Shown: positions 47,595 to 60,310 of the stretch, in pieces
Layout of the letters: every line of letters starts with the position of its first letter
Numbering within the stretch: position 1 is the stretch's first letter
Assembly (NCBI RefSeq): GCF_037042905.1
Contig: NC_087252.1
Span: 21,268,001-21,332,000, forward strand
Direction of reading: 5' to 3'
Length of the DNA: 64,000 nt
From: Lytechinus pictus
Taxonomy: Eukaryota
The notes under the pieces: generated by a model
The model's database searches: none
Told to the model about the DNA's origin: nothing
What the model saw: only the letters and a program-made list of their open reading frames with translations
Translations under genes and position numbers: made by a program

Positions 47595-48957
47595 ACTACC
47601 CAGACCTCTATATTTGTACTTTTTCCTTCGGTGTTCCCTCTCTCCCCTCTGCCTTCCTTTCCTCTATATTTTTCACTATCTAAAAAAACAAAACTATACG
47701 TACAGTTCACTTCCTTGTTTCTATTTTCAAATACTTTGGCTAGTTCTCACACATGAAAAATAACCAGCATTTGCGGCGATAATTTTCACCTAACACACAT
47801 ATAGGGAAAGGAGATACAGGAAAAGCCGTATAAGGAACTCTTTCAACAACTAAAAAGAAATGAATTGAAAAATAATAATCATTATCTTGATTTTAATCAT
47901 GAATTATAAATGTCAAAAAACTAGAGATCATACTTAAGCAACTGCAAATGGAAAAACCAAGACGTGGCTGAATCATCAGTGCTCACATTTTAAGCGCAAT
48001 AAACATCACTTTGCAGAAATGACCATGTAAGATCTTGCAGTATGATTTTTAATTGATTAATTGATCAAGAATTTATTTCATTTCATTTCATACAGGGCCC
48101 CCAAGTACAACAGTATTTGACTACTGATGGGGTTACTTTATATAAATAATACCAAATAAATAAATAAATAATTAAATACATTTCATTTCAAATTCTCCAC
48201 AAAATTACAAATGGGAAATAAAATAAAAGCATAGCCTGTTAATATTCACTGTTTGCAAAATCTGGAAATATGTGTAACCACGTTGTAGTAGGTCCATGTT
48301 GTAACCAAAACTGAATTAAGAGAATTTTTCATTGTGACGTAGATACATAAATATTACTGCAATGGATTTCATGGATTGATTCGTCCTTTCTCTCCCTCAC
48401 TCTCCCTCACTCTATGTTTCTCTGTCTGTTCTCTCTCTCTCTCTCTCTCTCTTTCGGGCCTATTCGATCATGTGCCTATTTTCTGTTCATAAAGTGCCCT
48501 TTTTGGGAGGGGGGTCGTAATATTTTATTTATTTTAGTTTTATTTACGCAGGATAACCCTTTCAGTTATAGAACTGATTTACAAAGAGGCCTTGCAGTAT
48601 TTATCATATTCGTTCATTTCAAATCATGCGAGCAAGTGTACATTGCATAAACGCACAAAACAAATAAAACAGAGCACTGTTCATAAAAACATTATAGTTA
48701 TCAAAACACAGAAAATTGTACAGAAATCATAATATTCTGACATATGTTTGACATACGGGCGATTCCACGGACAGACGCATTACACTTTAACGTGTCTTTT
48801 CTATTACTCAATGATGTCATTTTTACAGGGGTGAGTCTTTCTGTCATATATATTCTGAAATGAACTTTACAACTAAAGCTTTAAAATCGACACGCGGAAA
48901 GGTTGTAGGCTCTCTATCGTGGACCACATGACATTATAAAAACCGATCAGTCGCATC

Positions 48958-49192
48958 CAGTGGCGTACCTAGGATTTTCCACAGGGGGGGCAAAATCGGC
49001 CGCCAAAAAATTGACAAGCAAAAAAAAAAAAAAAAAAAAAAAAAAAGCTCGTCAGGGGGGGGGGCATAAAAGGTCTTTCAAGCTCGTCAGGGGGGGCAGT
49101 GATATGTATTTTGTATGGGTTGTGGCTCGTCAGGGGGGGGCAGAGTGCCCCCCCCCCTGCCCCCCCCCCCCCCCCCCGTAGGTACGCTAGTG
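48958..49192. mobile_element. hAT-type MITE with perfect 8-bp TSD
   Basis: TIR CAGTGGCGTACCTA / TAGGTACGCTAGTG, flanked on both sides by GTCGCATC (48950-48957 and 49193-49200). Confidence 0.9.
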
Positions 49193-49703
49193 GTCGCATC
49201 CCACAAAACGTGATTGATTACTTTTTTATAGTTCTTTCAAATGAAACAAAAACCACTTTCATTACCTGCAAAATATTACTTACATAATTATAGAAGAGTC
49301 AAATAAGACATTTGAATGGTAAACAATTTAGGATTTCTTTTGTGGTCAGTCCTGTTGCAATTTGTCGAGTACCTCAAATCTAACACTTTTAAACAGATCC
49401 CGCAATTTTTTTTCAATATGATGTAAAATTATGACGTTCAGATTGTCTAAATGAAATGTTCACCCCAAAAGCACAATAATTTTCATTGGAAAAACATGCA
49501 TTTTTTTCAATGTGATCGTTGTGATGTCACAAATTACTTCCTTTCAAAAATCACTCTAAAAATGCAGGGTTTTGGTTTTTTTTAGTTCTATTCTATTGAT
49601 TCCCCCTATTCTGAAATAATGTAAGGATACACTTAAAGAGATAAAATTGTTATACCCAGCTTGTTCTTACGAAATACGGGAAATAACTATGTTCTAGTTC
49701 TAT

Positions 49704-50333
49704 TGTTATGTAGTATGTATTTAACTTCCTGTTATCCTTTCAGTCATTCACCTTCACTAGTTTACAAACTCCCCCAATGTCATCTAAGAATTCCTAAACC
49801 CCCAATACCATTTAACTCCTAAACCTTGACCATAAAAAGACCAACCCTCAGTGACATCAGCTAACTTCAAGAAAGAAGTATGACTCACACTTCCAGCCCC
49901 AGTCACTTGCATAGAGCATCACCACACCCCTTATACCAGAGAAAGTTTGAAAGACAGTTACCTGTAGACCAATCAGATCAAGTTTAGATCACTCCCACCT
50001 TAAATTGTTACACCCCCAAAACTAATGATATAAATAAGACTTCTTGATTATTAGAGATAAATAATATACAGTAGAATACTAGACCCACACTAATCCTGAC
50101 TGACTGACTTCAAGACTTAGATGTCCATCCAGTATCAATTTAACTGCACTTCGAATCTCAACCTGATACTTCTAAATTATTTCATATTCATCGTCTCCTC
50201 ATATACTCTGAATCTTCATGTACTTCGAACTGTAGCTGAATATTGATGATTAAATACTTAGTGATTTTGAACTGTATAACTTTCTCCAAAGTTTCTTCAT
50301 TACGCTTCCCTAATAACCGATCCCAACACGACA
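49704..50333 (+). mobile_element. Solo LTR, copy B, 4-bp TSD CTAT (Gypsy-like)
   Basis: TG...CA termini with CTAT at 49700-49703 and 50334-50337. It is inserted within an older inverted-repeat element (49655-49703 pairs with ~50368-50415). Confidence 0.9.
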
Positions 50334-50540
50334 CTATATTCCATTCAACCTCTGGCCTCATGGGCTATGGAACCAGAACGTAGATGTTTCCCGTATTACG
50401 TGAACAAGCAGGGTGCAACTAATAGTATACACATTACAGTCGGATAATTATAAATAAAAATAGAAACATTAGCCATTTACAACCAATAAAAATTCACAAA
50501 GGTGTGTTTTTATATAGTTGATAAAAAATGTCAGAATATC

Positions 50541-50548
50541 TATATAAA
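50541..50548 (+). promoter_or_regulatory. Candidate TATA box of the Ig receptor gene
   Basis: CTATATAAA about 60 bp upstream of ATG 50603. Also present upstream of the paralogues (~56889; TATATATA at ~41322-41331 on the minus strand). Confidence 0.5.
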
Positions 50549-50602
50549 CAAGGAAAAGTGTGTCCTGAATTAAATTTGCAAAACTTATTGAGTTTGGTCA
50601 CG

Positions 50603-51847
50603 ATGAATTCGAGAAACTCAGCAAACATGGTATTTTGTGTGGCAGTATACCTTCTTGTGATGATATTCTCCACAGAAGCTGGAGGGGAACCTCCAGACAC
50701 AATTGTTGCCAATCCAGGAGAAAATATTACTTTAGTTTGCCAGTCTCGGTCCTCGCCTCGTGATTATTTTCGTTGTAGACATTCTCTCGAGTGGTACAAA
50801 GATGGCATCTATGTGTTACATGTATATCAACTGGTTGAAGGTCAATATAATGTGATAATGATTGAAAAATCCCGGAAACTATATACCAGTAGCTTGCATA
50901 TTTACAACGCAAGTGTAGAATCCGCAATATATGGCTGCAGGGATTACGCCGGAAGGTGTGAAAATTTTAATATCAAGGAATACGATGTGCATGTAATAGA
51001 CTGTTCATCATGTTTTCTTAAATCCTTGACGTCGTCAATGATGAATGTAAACTGCTTCCTTAACGGTTTCAATACAAGCAAACAGATTCAACAAAACGTT
51101 ACAATAAATAATGAAACACAGACCGGAGCGATTATCGGGGATAGTGTTCTGAGCTTTAATACAACGAAACGGTATGATGATTTCCAGGTTGAGTTTAATC
51201 CATACGGCGTTAGAGCTCAGGGAAGAATAATATGTGTCGTTACAGGTATTCAACAAGACAGTAACATACCAGATGAGCTAACAACCCCACCAACCAGGGT
51301 ACCAGAACATTCTACAAGGGACCCCATTGGCTCTATATTTTCATCACCAGATCAATTTTCACCAACCCCAATAATCACCATCATTGGTTACATCTTGGTA
51401 GTCATTCTCACAGTGATCATCATTGTCCTCTGCCTACGACTGAAGGAAATACGAAGCCGAATGCAAGTTCAAGGCCATGAAGGTGGAACGTCAACGGGTA
51501 CTGGTGAGGAAAATACGACAGGCCAGGGTGTTGGTTCTAATTACGAATCTCTTGAAGGATCTCGTGGTGAAATTTCTCTTTATACTGGACTCAACTTTCC
51601 AGCGAAGGTAGCCGGTTCAGAAGAATACGGTTCGGGATCCGGGAATCATTCGACAGTTGTTGGTGAGGAAGATCGGACAGGGCAATGTGTTTATTCTAAT
51701 TATGAATCTCTTAATGGACTTCGTGGTGGTATTTCTCTTTATACTGGACTCAAATTTCCAGCGAATGCAGACGGTTCAGATGAAGAAGGTTCGGGATCCC
51801 GGAATCGGCCTACGGTGGTCATTGAAGATTTCGAAAATGTTATGTAG
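50603..51847 (+). CDS. Intronless type-I membrane Ig-superfamily receptor with duplicated cytoplasmic tyrosine motifs
   Basis: Signal peptide; Ig domain (GENITLVC...LEWYKDG...SSLHIYNASVESAIYGC); second Cys-containing beta-rich domain; S/T/P stalk; TM IITIIGYILVVILTVIIIVLCL; tail with 2x SNYESL-x7-SLYTGL. Start is likely ATG 50603 or 50627 rather than 50528. Confidence 0.85.
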   Translation: MNSRNSANMVFCVAVYLLVMIFSTEAGGEPPDTIVANPGENITLVCQSRSSPRDYFRCRHSLEWYKDGIYVLHVYQLVEGQYNVIMIEKSRKLYTSSLHIYNASVESAIYGCRDYAGRCENFNIKEYDVHVIDCSSCFLKSLTSSMMNVNCFLNGFNTSKQIQQNVTINNETQTGAIIGDSVLSFNTTKRYDDFQVEFNPYGVRAQGRIICVVTGIQQDSNIPDELTTPPTRVPEHSTRDPIGSIFSSPDQFSPTPIITIIGYILVVILTVIIIVLCLRLKEIRSRMQVQGHEGGTSTGTGEENTTGQGVGSNYESLEGSRGEISLYTGLNFPAKVAGSEEYGSGSGNHSTVVGEEDRTGQCVYSNYESLNGLRGGISLYTGLKFPANADGSDEEGSGSRNRPTVVIEDFENVM

Positions 51848-52259
51848 ACGGTATTGACGGTAGAGAATCTTGAATCGGAGTAATTTATTCTAGATATTGG
51901 AATTGTACAAAACAAATGATGCACAGGTTAGAATGTGTATATATGTCGCAGTATATACAGTACACTCATGGTTTGTACAGGCTCGATGGACTAGCCGAGT
52001 GTTTTCGCAAAAAAATGTAAATACCTGAAAACCGCCCTGTCGCAAGCACCACCAAGAGCTTATTCGTGTACATCATTTGCTTTATACAATTGGTCAGAAT
52101 TCAGATAATATCCATATCATCTAAGGCATATTTATTTATTTGTTTTAATCTGACACAAAAAGTTATTGTGATTACGACCATTTCGAATATGAAAGTGTTT
52201 GCCCTAGTATTATGACGTGGAGTCCTAATGATGACAATAAATTTACATTTTTGAAAACA

Positions 52260-52415
52260 AATATTTTATTATTATTATTATTTTGTTTTGGCGTCACCTG
52301 TGCCTGGGAGGCAAAAAGCGAACTGAATCACTATGACCCGCAGGTCTCTCCTCCCGATATAACTGATTGGGGGAATGCAGGTGGACCACTACACCGGGGT
52401 TTCCCCCTACTCTTA
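52260..52415 (-). mobile_element. SINE 3' fragment (Deu-domain-like)
   Basis: Minus strand AAGAGTAGGGGGAAACCCCGGTGTAGTGGTCC followed by an (AAT)n tail. The resemblance is from memory only. Confidence 0.4.
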
Positions 52416-55400
52416 TTTGATACATTTTGTGAATATTCATTACAATTTATATTTTGAAGTGCCAATTATAAGACACACGTATTTACGTATTTTTTTCTTT
52501 GTGATATAAAACCAGTTCTCAATCATGGAATGGGTTGATAAGTGCTGAAAGGTCTCGTATTTAAGGTAAAACATCTTCATCAGGTACATTTCATTTACAT
52601 GTCCGGATTGGTTTTTTTTTCCATACCAAATTAATTATGTTTCAGATAACCACCGAAACAACAAAGATAGGTCATTTATTTAAAAAAAAGAAATGAACGA
52701 TTCATGTAAATGTAAAAATATATATGGCAATTGAACTATATATAAATATAGACACATTATATGTATTTATGTATATATGAGCGTGTGCGTATGTGTGAGG
52801 GTGTATCACAATTGTTTTAGTAAAATGTGTGATGAAAGCAGAAGAAGAATGATGAAGGAAACCATGTTTTTTTTTTTTGCTGATGCCATAATCCTACAAT
52901 GGTTAAATAAACATCCATTTCAAAACACTTTTTTCAATGATTCACATTATAATTGTTTAATAAACACTTTTTAGTATCAATTTTCAAGTTAATTTCATTG
53001 AAAAGTTTCATTGAACACATGTAAGATTATGACATCATTTGCATCTGGATTCAATAATTGCATTTATGCCTTATACTCTGACGCAAGTCAAAATTTACAT
53101 CACTGCAGAGAATTCCCACTGATTATCCAAGTGTGAAGACATACTACATGAATATGGTATCAAATTATTTGGGAGAAGATAATCTTTTAGGCAATTATAG
53201 TAAGTCATGTGTCATAACATGTTTTGTCATTAAAACGGGGAATTGTGAGGTATCAATTTTTTTTACCCACACGGTATATTAATTATATTGTACAAAGGGC
53301 TTGCGATCAACGTATTCCAGGCCTTCCTCATTGTATTTTATCATAATTGTGCTTATTCTTCCCTAACCTGAAAATAAACGTATTATCATTGTTAGAAAGA
53401 GACCCCAAATCTGTCTGGAATGTGATTGTTTTGTCATTGGCTCAGCAATTACACATTTTCTATATACTAGAATCAGTTGACACAAGCACTTTTTTGTGGG
53501 AGGTGGGGGGGGGTCATTTCATTTGATTATGTTGCCAAAACAGAGGGGAAATCCGTAACAGCTCCGAACTTTATCTTCAAACAGCTTTGAAGTTGTCAAT
53601 CAAATCAAATTCAAATATTTACCTGTGTGTAACCTCACACTACATAACTTCGAAACCTGACTAATTGTATTTTATTTTTCTTCCTGCTATTTGTTGTTTT
53701 TCCTACATGCCGCTCCTTTTTTTCTTAAATTTGGTTAAGTTTTCGTTTCGTTATTAAGATGTAAAATGCTCAGTTTTTAAATTCACCCTATTTCCCTGTT
53801 TTGTGACTGGAAAAATAACCCAAATGTAGGTCTCACGCACGTAATTACTTAGGTTTATTTCTATTTGCAATATAATACAAAATACAATAGTCTTTTAAAT
53901 CTTATAAACAAATTTCACACTTTGAAAGTTACACATGAAAAAGTAGACGTGGCTGGCATATTAATCATGCTATGTTAAGCAAAATAGACACAACTTTCCT
54001 TATGAAGTGTACGTTATCAAGTAAGAACTAGCATTATTCTGTATGATATAATGCAAGGGTATATGATAAAATTCAATCAGTTTATTTTGAGAATAGTTCT
54101 TAAGATTTTCAAAGAACCGAATTCAATATACACTGAATGCAAGGTGTGGAAAATGTTTAACCAAAACTGAATCTTATTTATGTTTACATCAAGCCTGGCC
54201 AAATAACTCTAAGCTGTGAATTGAAATATGACAACCAAGAGAACTTTTTAAAAACATGAATATTAGTGCATGGGAATGCATGGATAACCCCCCCCACACA
54301 CACACACACCCTGACACACATCCTCACACACACACTCTCTCCCTCTCTCGTTTTTTTCTCTTTCTCTCTCCCTCTCTATAAGACCTGTTTGATTTTTAGT
54401 ACGTGCTTATTTTTTTTCTCAAATTCTTTTTATAATACATTGTCACACCCGAGTCAACCCAAGATGACATACAATCGATTCTCGCAACCAATTGTCACAC
54501 CCAAGTAACTCAAGAGGACATAAAAATGAAATAATTACATGAACAATAAAAATACAGTTCAAAGAATTTATTAAAACTGTATTCAGGTTCTTGTAGAACA
54601 ATGATTCAATGGCGTTGTTTCAGAGTACAAATAACATATGGAATAAAAGTCTTTGAAAGAACAAACAAGGTAACCCACTTTATACGGTGATATAATCACT
54701 CCAGTTCAATATTAATCGATACTGACGAATCGTTAAACAGTTACATCATTCGACGGTGGATCTGTCTTCCCTCTGACTCTCTTTACAAGTCTTGTCCATA
54801 GCGGGATTTGACAGTCATAATCATGGTGGAGCCGGAGCCGGGAGTGGGACCGGAACGGCTACTGGAACGGCGGTTGGAACCACTCCTAGTACCAATGAGG
54901 TCCAAACATTAGCATGTGTGGACCTCATAGGCGACAATGCGTTAAAAACAGGTAAGAAGTAGAACCGTTACTGTTTCCTGCACCCAAGTATGATATTACT
55001 CCCTAAATACGATTTTTTTTTCTCGTTTGTTTATCATTTATTAAAAGATTGCCCATTAAATATCATCTTATTTCTACTTAGAATTTAATAAAATAAAGGG
55101 AAACTTACATTTGAGTCCTTTTTCGATCTTTTCTTGGCAGTCAGTCCGGTCACCGTCGAGTGCGATCAAAGCGGTATGAAGCTGATTTTCAGATCACGTG
55201 ATACGTGTAGTCATCACCTGATCTATCGACTATCCTTTTTTAAAGACCGCAACAATTATAAATTTTATTATAAAATATATATAGAATAAATAATTGCATG
55301 ATATTATATATATCTCTACAATTAAAAATATTTTGTGATATAAATTTAATATTTGACGTAAAAATCGCTATTTAACAAAATATTTATTAAAAAATAAAAC

Positions 55401-56951
55401 AAAATAAAAACGCCTTGGACACAGTGCAAAAAACCTAACGATTTGGCCGCGTTTTTAACAACTATCGTAAGGGGCGCTCTATTTATAAATAAAAAAGAAT
55501 GTACAGCTGTCTACCGCGACGTGGTTTGTCGCAAGATTTGGGACAAATCCGTGGGAATTCTTGAGAAAATACATAAAAAGAACTGGTGAGTACCGATTAA
55601 ACATTATCAAAGGAGTAAATAGGTTATACATAACTTGTAGATATATATTTTAAATTGATATTGATGCTTAGTTCCAAGCTAGGGCGGCCCAAATGTGCGT
55701 GAGTGGAGTCCCAGTTTATTAACACGGGCATGTATTGGGGTGTCGCCTAGAGTGGTTGGAACCAAACTCAGAACCAGAATTGGAACAACCAGTGGAACGA
55801 CCAGTGGAATTGGAATCGGAAACAATCTAAAAACAAACATTACCCAAACTATAAATAATCTAAGGAATAGTGATATCTTTAAATCTTCACAATATTCATA
55901 TATATACTTCCCTAGATTAATTCTGGTAAACTATAAATAATCTAAGGAATAATATCTTTTAATCTTCACAATATTCATATATGTTATTCCCTAGATTAAT
56001 TCATGTATTCAAAGGAATATCTTCCAATCTTCAAAAATACTCATTTGCAATTTCACAACTGATTATTAAGCATGATCAGTCCTCAAAATGTTTCACATAT
56101 ATAACACAAAAATGACTCCTTCCTAAAAGCATTTCTTTTACAAAATCCTTTCTGATGTCTGAGATTTAAAAGTTAATGAATCTGTGTTCTGGAATAACTC
56201 CACTTCTTCATACGAATTATTAATTAACATGACATTAATTAAATTTATAAACTAGCACTCTTCTCTTTACTATAAAATTCAATGGTCCTTTTAATGACCT
56301 TGACTTTCTCAAAGACACATTCAAAATACAAAATGAACAGTAATCAAAATCATTTTCACTTACAGTTTGACGTCTGTGACTAAAGGCAGGAAATCATCAG
56401 GAAGGCCTCAAATCTCAACAGCAATGTTCTTGATGCTTGAAATGGAAAATGCATCGCTATCTGCCCTAAATTCAGTCTAAAACTTCAATTTTCCAATAAC
56501 ATTTCTGAACCAATAATAGAGCCATAGGTCCTCCCTGTTTGACTTCTGAGCAGATAGTGAAGACTAAGTGCTTGGTAAGGCAACACACCCAATGCAAAAA
56601 TGTTCCACCTGTTAAGCCAGGGAGAGTGCACTGGAGCCTAACAATGGTTTATTCAGTCCCAGGACTTAATTGTGCATAACAATAGGGGATAGCATAGGGG
56701 AAGAAGGTTGAATCCTTAACATACATCGATATATCTTTGTAAGACCTCATCCACATAGACTGGTCCCTCTCCTCCCGTATACCAATACTGGCTGTATGCG
56801 CCATTATGACCAAGTCAGTATGAAAGTTAAAGTTCCGGGTGCTTCCGCAGAAGGATGAAATGTTTCTACTGTTTCTAGATAAAAATGTCTATATAAACAA
56901 CGGTGAGCATATCCTGATTTTACTTTTTAAAAGTATTGAGTTTGAAAGAGA

Positions 56952-57030
56952 TGGATTCCAGACACTCCGCAAACATGGCTGTTGTTATGTTACTATACCT
57001 TCTTGTGATTATATTCTACACGGAAGTGTA
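56952..57030 (+). pseudogene. Truncated paralogue: signal peptide only
   Basis: MDSRHSANMAVVMLLYLLVIIFYTE parallels MNSRNSANMVFCVAVYLLVMIFSTE. The sequence then switches at ~57031 to a copy of non-coding 53570-53847. Confidence 0.75.
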
Positions 57031-59233
57031 TTTATCTTCAAACCGCTCTGAAGTTGTCCATCAAATCAATTTCAAATACTTACCTATGTATAACATCACA
57101 CTACGTAGAATTGTGACTTATCATATTTTATTTTACTTCCTGTTCTTTGTTTATTTCCCTACGTGTAGCTCTCTTTTTTTTCGTAAATTTGGTTAAGTTT
57201 TCGTTTCGTTATAAAGATGCAAATTGCTCTGTTTTTAAATTCACCCTATTTCCTTATTTTGTATCTTGGAAATTAACCTTAATGTAGGTCTCACATGCAT
57301 AATTACTGCAAGGAAGCAGAGAGTATTGAATTTGTTCCAAATAGTTCTGGTTTGATAAAGCTGTTAGACAAGTCACTGATTCGAGGAAGGGCAATCACCA
57401 AATTTCCCTTGCCAAAAAATGGAGAAGAAATACCACTTTACTTTTCGAACTAATTGACTTGCGGAAGAATGAGTGTTACTTTATTATCACGATATGTTTC
57501 CATAATGTTTATTCATTTCTAGAAATAGTAAACAGACCATTTGATGGTAAGATATGAAATCTAAGATATATTTCCTGTCTACTGGTAAAAAATATTAGTC
57601 CCACTAATAAAATCCTTGTTTTTAGATAAATTCCTGAGCACTACTTTTTGTTTTGGGTCTATGGAAGGAATCTTAAAGATGTGATACCGATTATGACTTC
57701 CTGTGTATAATGCTTTTTTTTCTGTACCTTCTTTTTTGCCTCTTTCTACCAATACAATATGTTTCCTTAAAAATAGATATGTACTCGTGTTTAATATTAT
57801 CTTTTTTCTTTTCATTGTAAAGCTATTTATTTTTCAAAATATCTTGAATTCCCCTTTTCGTTTCATAAGATTCTGCGCGTTTTCACACCTATAGACTTTG
57901 ATCATTGTTCTATCAGTAGTGTACACTAATACCAAATTAAACACCGTGTACGTCATCATTCATGATCAGGGCAGGCGTGTTGGGATTATACCCCCCCCCC
58001 GCCCCCCCCCCCCCTGTTCAGCCATCCAACCCTACCCCTAATCAATCCTTAGTTTTTACCCCAAAATTCTGGGAAAATAGTTCAAGAACCGCCCCTGAAA
58101 ATAAACAAATCATTACAAAAAATAACCAAAAAAAGCTTTTAGGATTTTTATTTTTAAAACAGGTTTATGTTCAAAATTCTCTTTGTCATTTCTTCCCGTT
58201 TCGGAAACAGAAAATACATAAATTTCTGAAAGTTCCTTGATTCAGAAGCTAAATTTGTGTCACAAAACGTCCACTAGATTTCCACTGAAATTAATTCGTA
58301 TATATTCAATTCAATCCAATTGGAATGGACTTTCAAATTTTACAATAAAGATTCACACCAACAATGTTACACACAGAAAGTTTGAACAATTCTATTTTCA
58401 ATTCGATACAAATAAAATAGTTTTTTTTTTCTTACTATAGTATAGTTCATACTTAGATAATTAAACATGAAAAGGTTCATCTCTCTTTCAATATAATACA
58501 AAACACAATAGTCTTTTAAATCTTACAAATAATCACAGTTTGAAAGTAACAAATGAAAAAAAAAAAGACGTGGCTTCAACATCAATCATGCTTACATGTT
58601 AAGCACAGCAGACATCCCTTTTTAAGTTTCGAGTAAAGATATCAATATTCTGGATATTGCAAGGATGTATGATAAAATGCTATCTATTTTTAATCGAATT
58701 CAATAAACACTGAATGCAGGGTGTGGAAAAAAAGGTTTAACCAAAACTGAAACTTATTTCTGTTACATGAAACCTGGCCAAAGAACTCGAAACTGTGAAT
58801 TGAAATTTGACAAGCACGACAACTATCTAAAATGACGTAAACATGTGAATATTGGTGCATGGTGATGGATGGATTAACCCCCCCCCCCCGCCATCTCACT
58901 ATCTCTTTTTGTTATCTATTTCTCTCTCTCTTTCTATAAGACTTGCTTGAACACTTGTACATGTTTATTTTCTTTTCAAAAAGTTTTTTTTATGATATCG
59001 ATATTTGTCAGACATCATCTCCATATAAATTTGTTGGTCCCTCTCCTCCCGTACAAATAATGACATGTATGCCTCATTATCAAAGTTAAAGTTCCTGGTA
59101 CTTTCGAGGAAGGATGAAGTGTGTCTACGGACATTATAGAAAGAATATCTATCTAATCAAGGGCAAGTGTGTCCTGAAATCATTTGTAAACATTATTGAT
59201 TTTGGTCGAGATAATTCGAGACACTCCGCAAAC

Positions 59234-60310
59234 ATGTCTCTCGATGTAGCAGTAAACCTTCTTGTGATAATTTTCTCCATAGAGGCTAGGAAAGTTATTC
59301 GAGAAACAATTGTTGTCAATCCAGGAGAAAATATTACTTTAGCTTGCAAGTATGGGCTTCGCGATCATTATTACTATCCTTACGAGTGGTTTGATGTCAT
59401 GGAATACGACGTGCGTGTAATACACTGTTCATCATGTGTTACTCAATCCTTGACGTCCTCAATGATGAATGTGAACTGCTACCTTAACGGTTTCAATACA
59501 AGCGAACAGATTCAACAAAACGTTAGGACAAACGATGAGACACAGATCGGAGCAACCATTAGCGGGAGCAAGCTGAGCTTTAATACAGCCATGCGATATG
59601 ATGATTTCAAGGTTGAGTTTAATCCATACGGCAACGGAGCTCAGGGAAGCATAATATGCAATGTTCCAGCCCTTCAGATAGACACTACTGCACCAGCGGA
59701 GCTGACAAACCCCGAAATCAGGGGACCGGACACTTTCACCAAACAATTACTTGGTTCTACTACAACAGCCCCAGCTTCTATTCCGTCTACCCTAATCGCT
59801 AAGACAAAGGCTCATCTTTTCCCAACCCTAATAATCGCCATTGTTGGTTACATCTTGGTTGTGGTTCTCACAGTGATCAACATTGTTCTTTGCCTACGAC
59901 TGAAGCAAATACGAAGCCGAATGCAAGTTCAAGGCCATGAAGGTGGAACGTCAAAAGGTACTGATGAGGAAGATCCGACAGGGCAGGGTGTTGGTTCTTA
60001 TTATGAATCTCTTGATGGACCTCGTGGTGGTATTTCTCTTTATACTGGACTCAACCATCCAGCGCAGGTAGCCGGCTCAGAAGAATACGGTTCGGGATCC
60101 GGGAATCATTGGACAGTTGTTGGTGAGGAAGACCGGACTGGGCAATGTGTTGATTCTAATTATGAATCTCTTGATGGACCCCGTGATGGTGTTTCTCTTT
60201 ATACCGGACTCAACTTTCCAGCGAAGACAGACGATTCAGACGAAGAAGATTCGGGACCCCACAATCGACCTTCGGTGGTCTTTGATGGCGATTACGAAGA
60301 TATGCTTTAG
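59234..60310 (+). CDS. Intronless type-I membrane receptor paralogue with an internally deleted Ig domain
   Basis: Collinear with 50603-51847, but lacks ~58 codons between EW and EYDV. TM and 2x YESL/YTGL tail are intact. Likely start is ATG 59234 (MSLDVAVNLL). Confidence 0.82.
   Translation: MSLDVAVNLLVIIFSIEARKVIRETIVVNPGENITLACKYGLRDHYYYPYEWFDVMEYDVRVIHCSSCVTQSLTSSMMNVNCYLNGFNTSEQIQQNVRTNDETQIGATISGSKLSFNTAMRYDDFKVEFNPYGNGAQGSIICNVPALQIDTTAPAELTNPEIRGPDTFTKQLLGSTTTAPASIPSTLIAKTKAHLFPTLIIAIVGYILVVVLTVINIVLCLRLKQIRSRMQVQGHEGGTSKGTDEEDPTGQGVGSYYESLDGPRGGISLYTGLNHPAQVAGSEEYGSGSGNHWTVVGEEDRTGQCVDSNYESLDGPRDGVSLYTGLNFPAKTDDSDEEDSGPHNRPSVVFDGDYEDML

Noticed and set aside
46700..50333. Single full-length LTR retrotransposon bounded by the two LTRs
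   Set aside because: No gag/pol between them, and copy B has its own TSD on both sides.
56350..56760. Possible coding-like segment on the minus strand
   Set aside because: Stops in all three frames and no recognisable motif.
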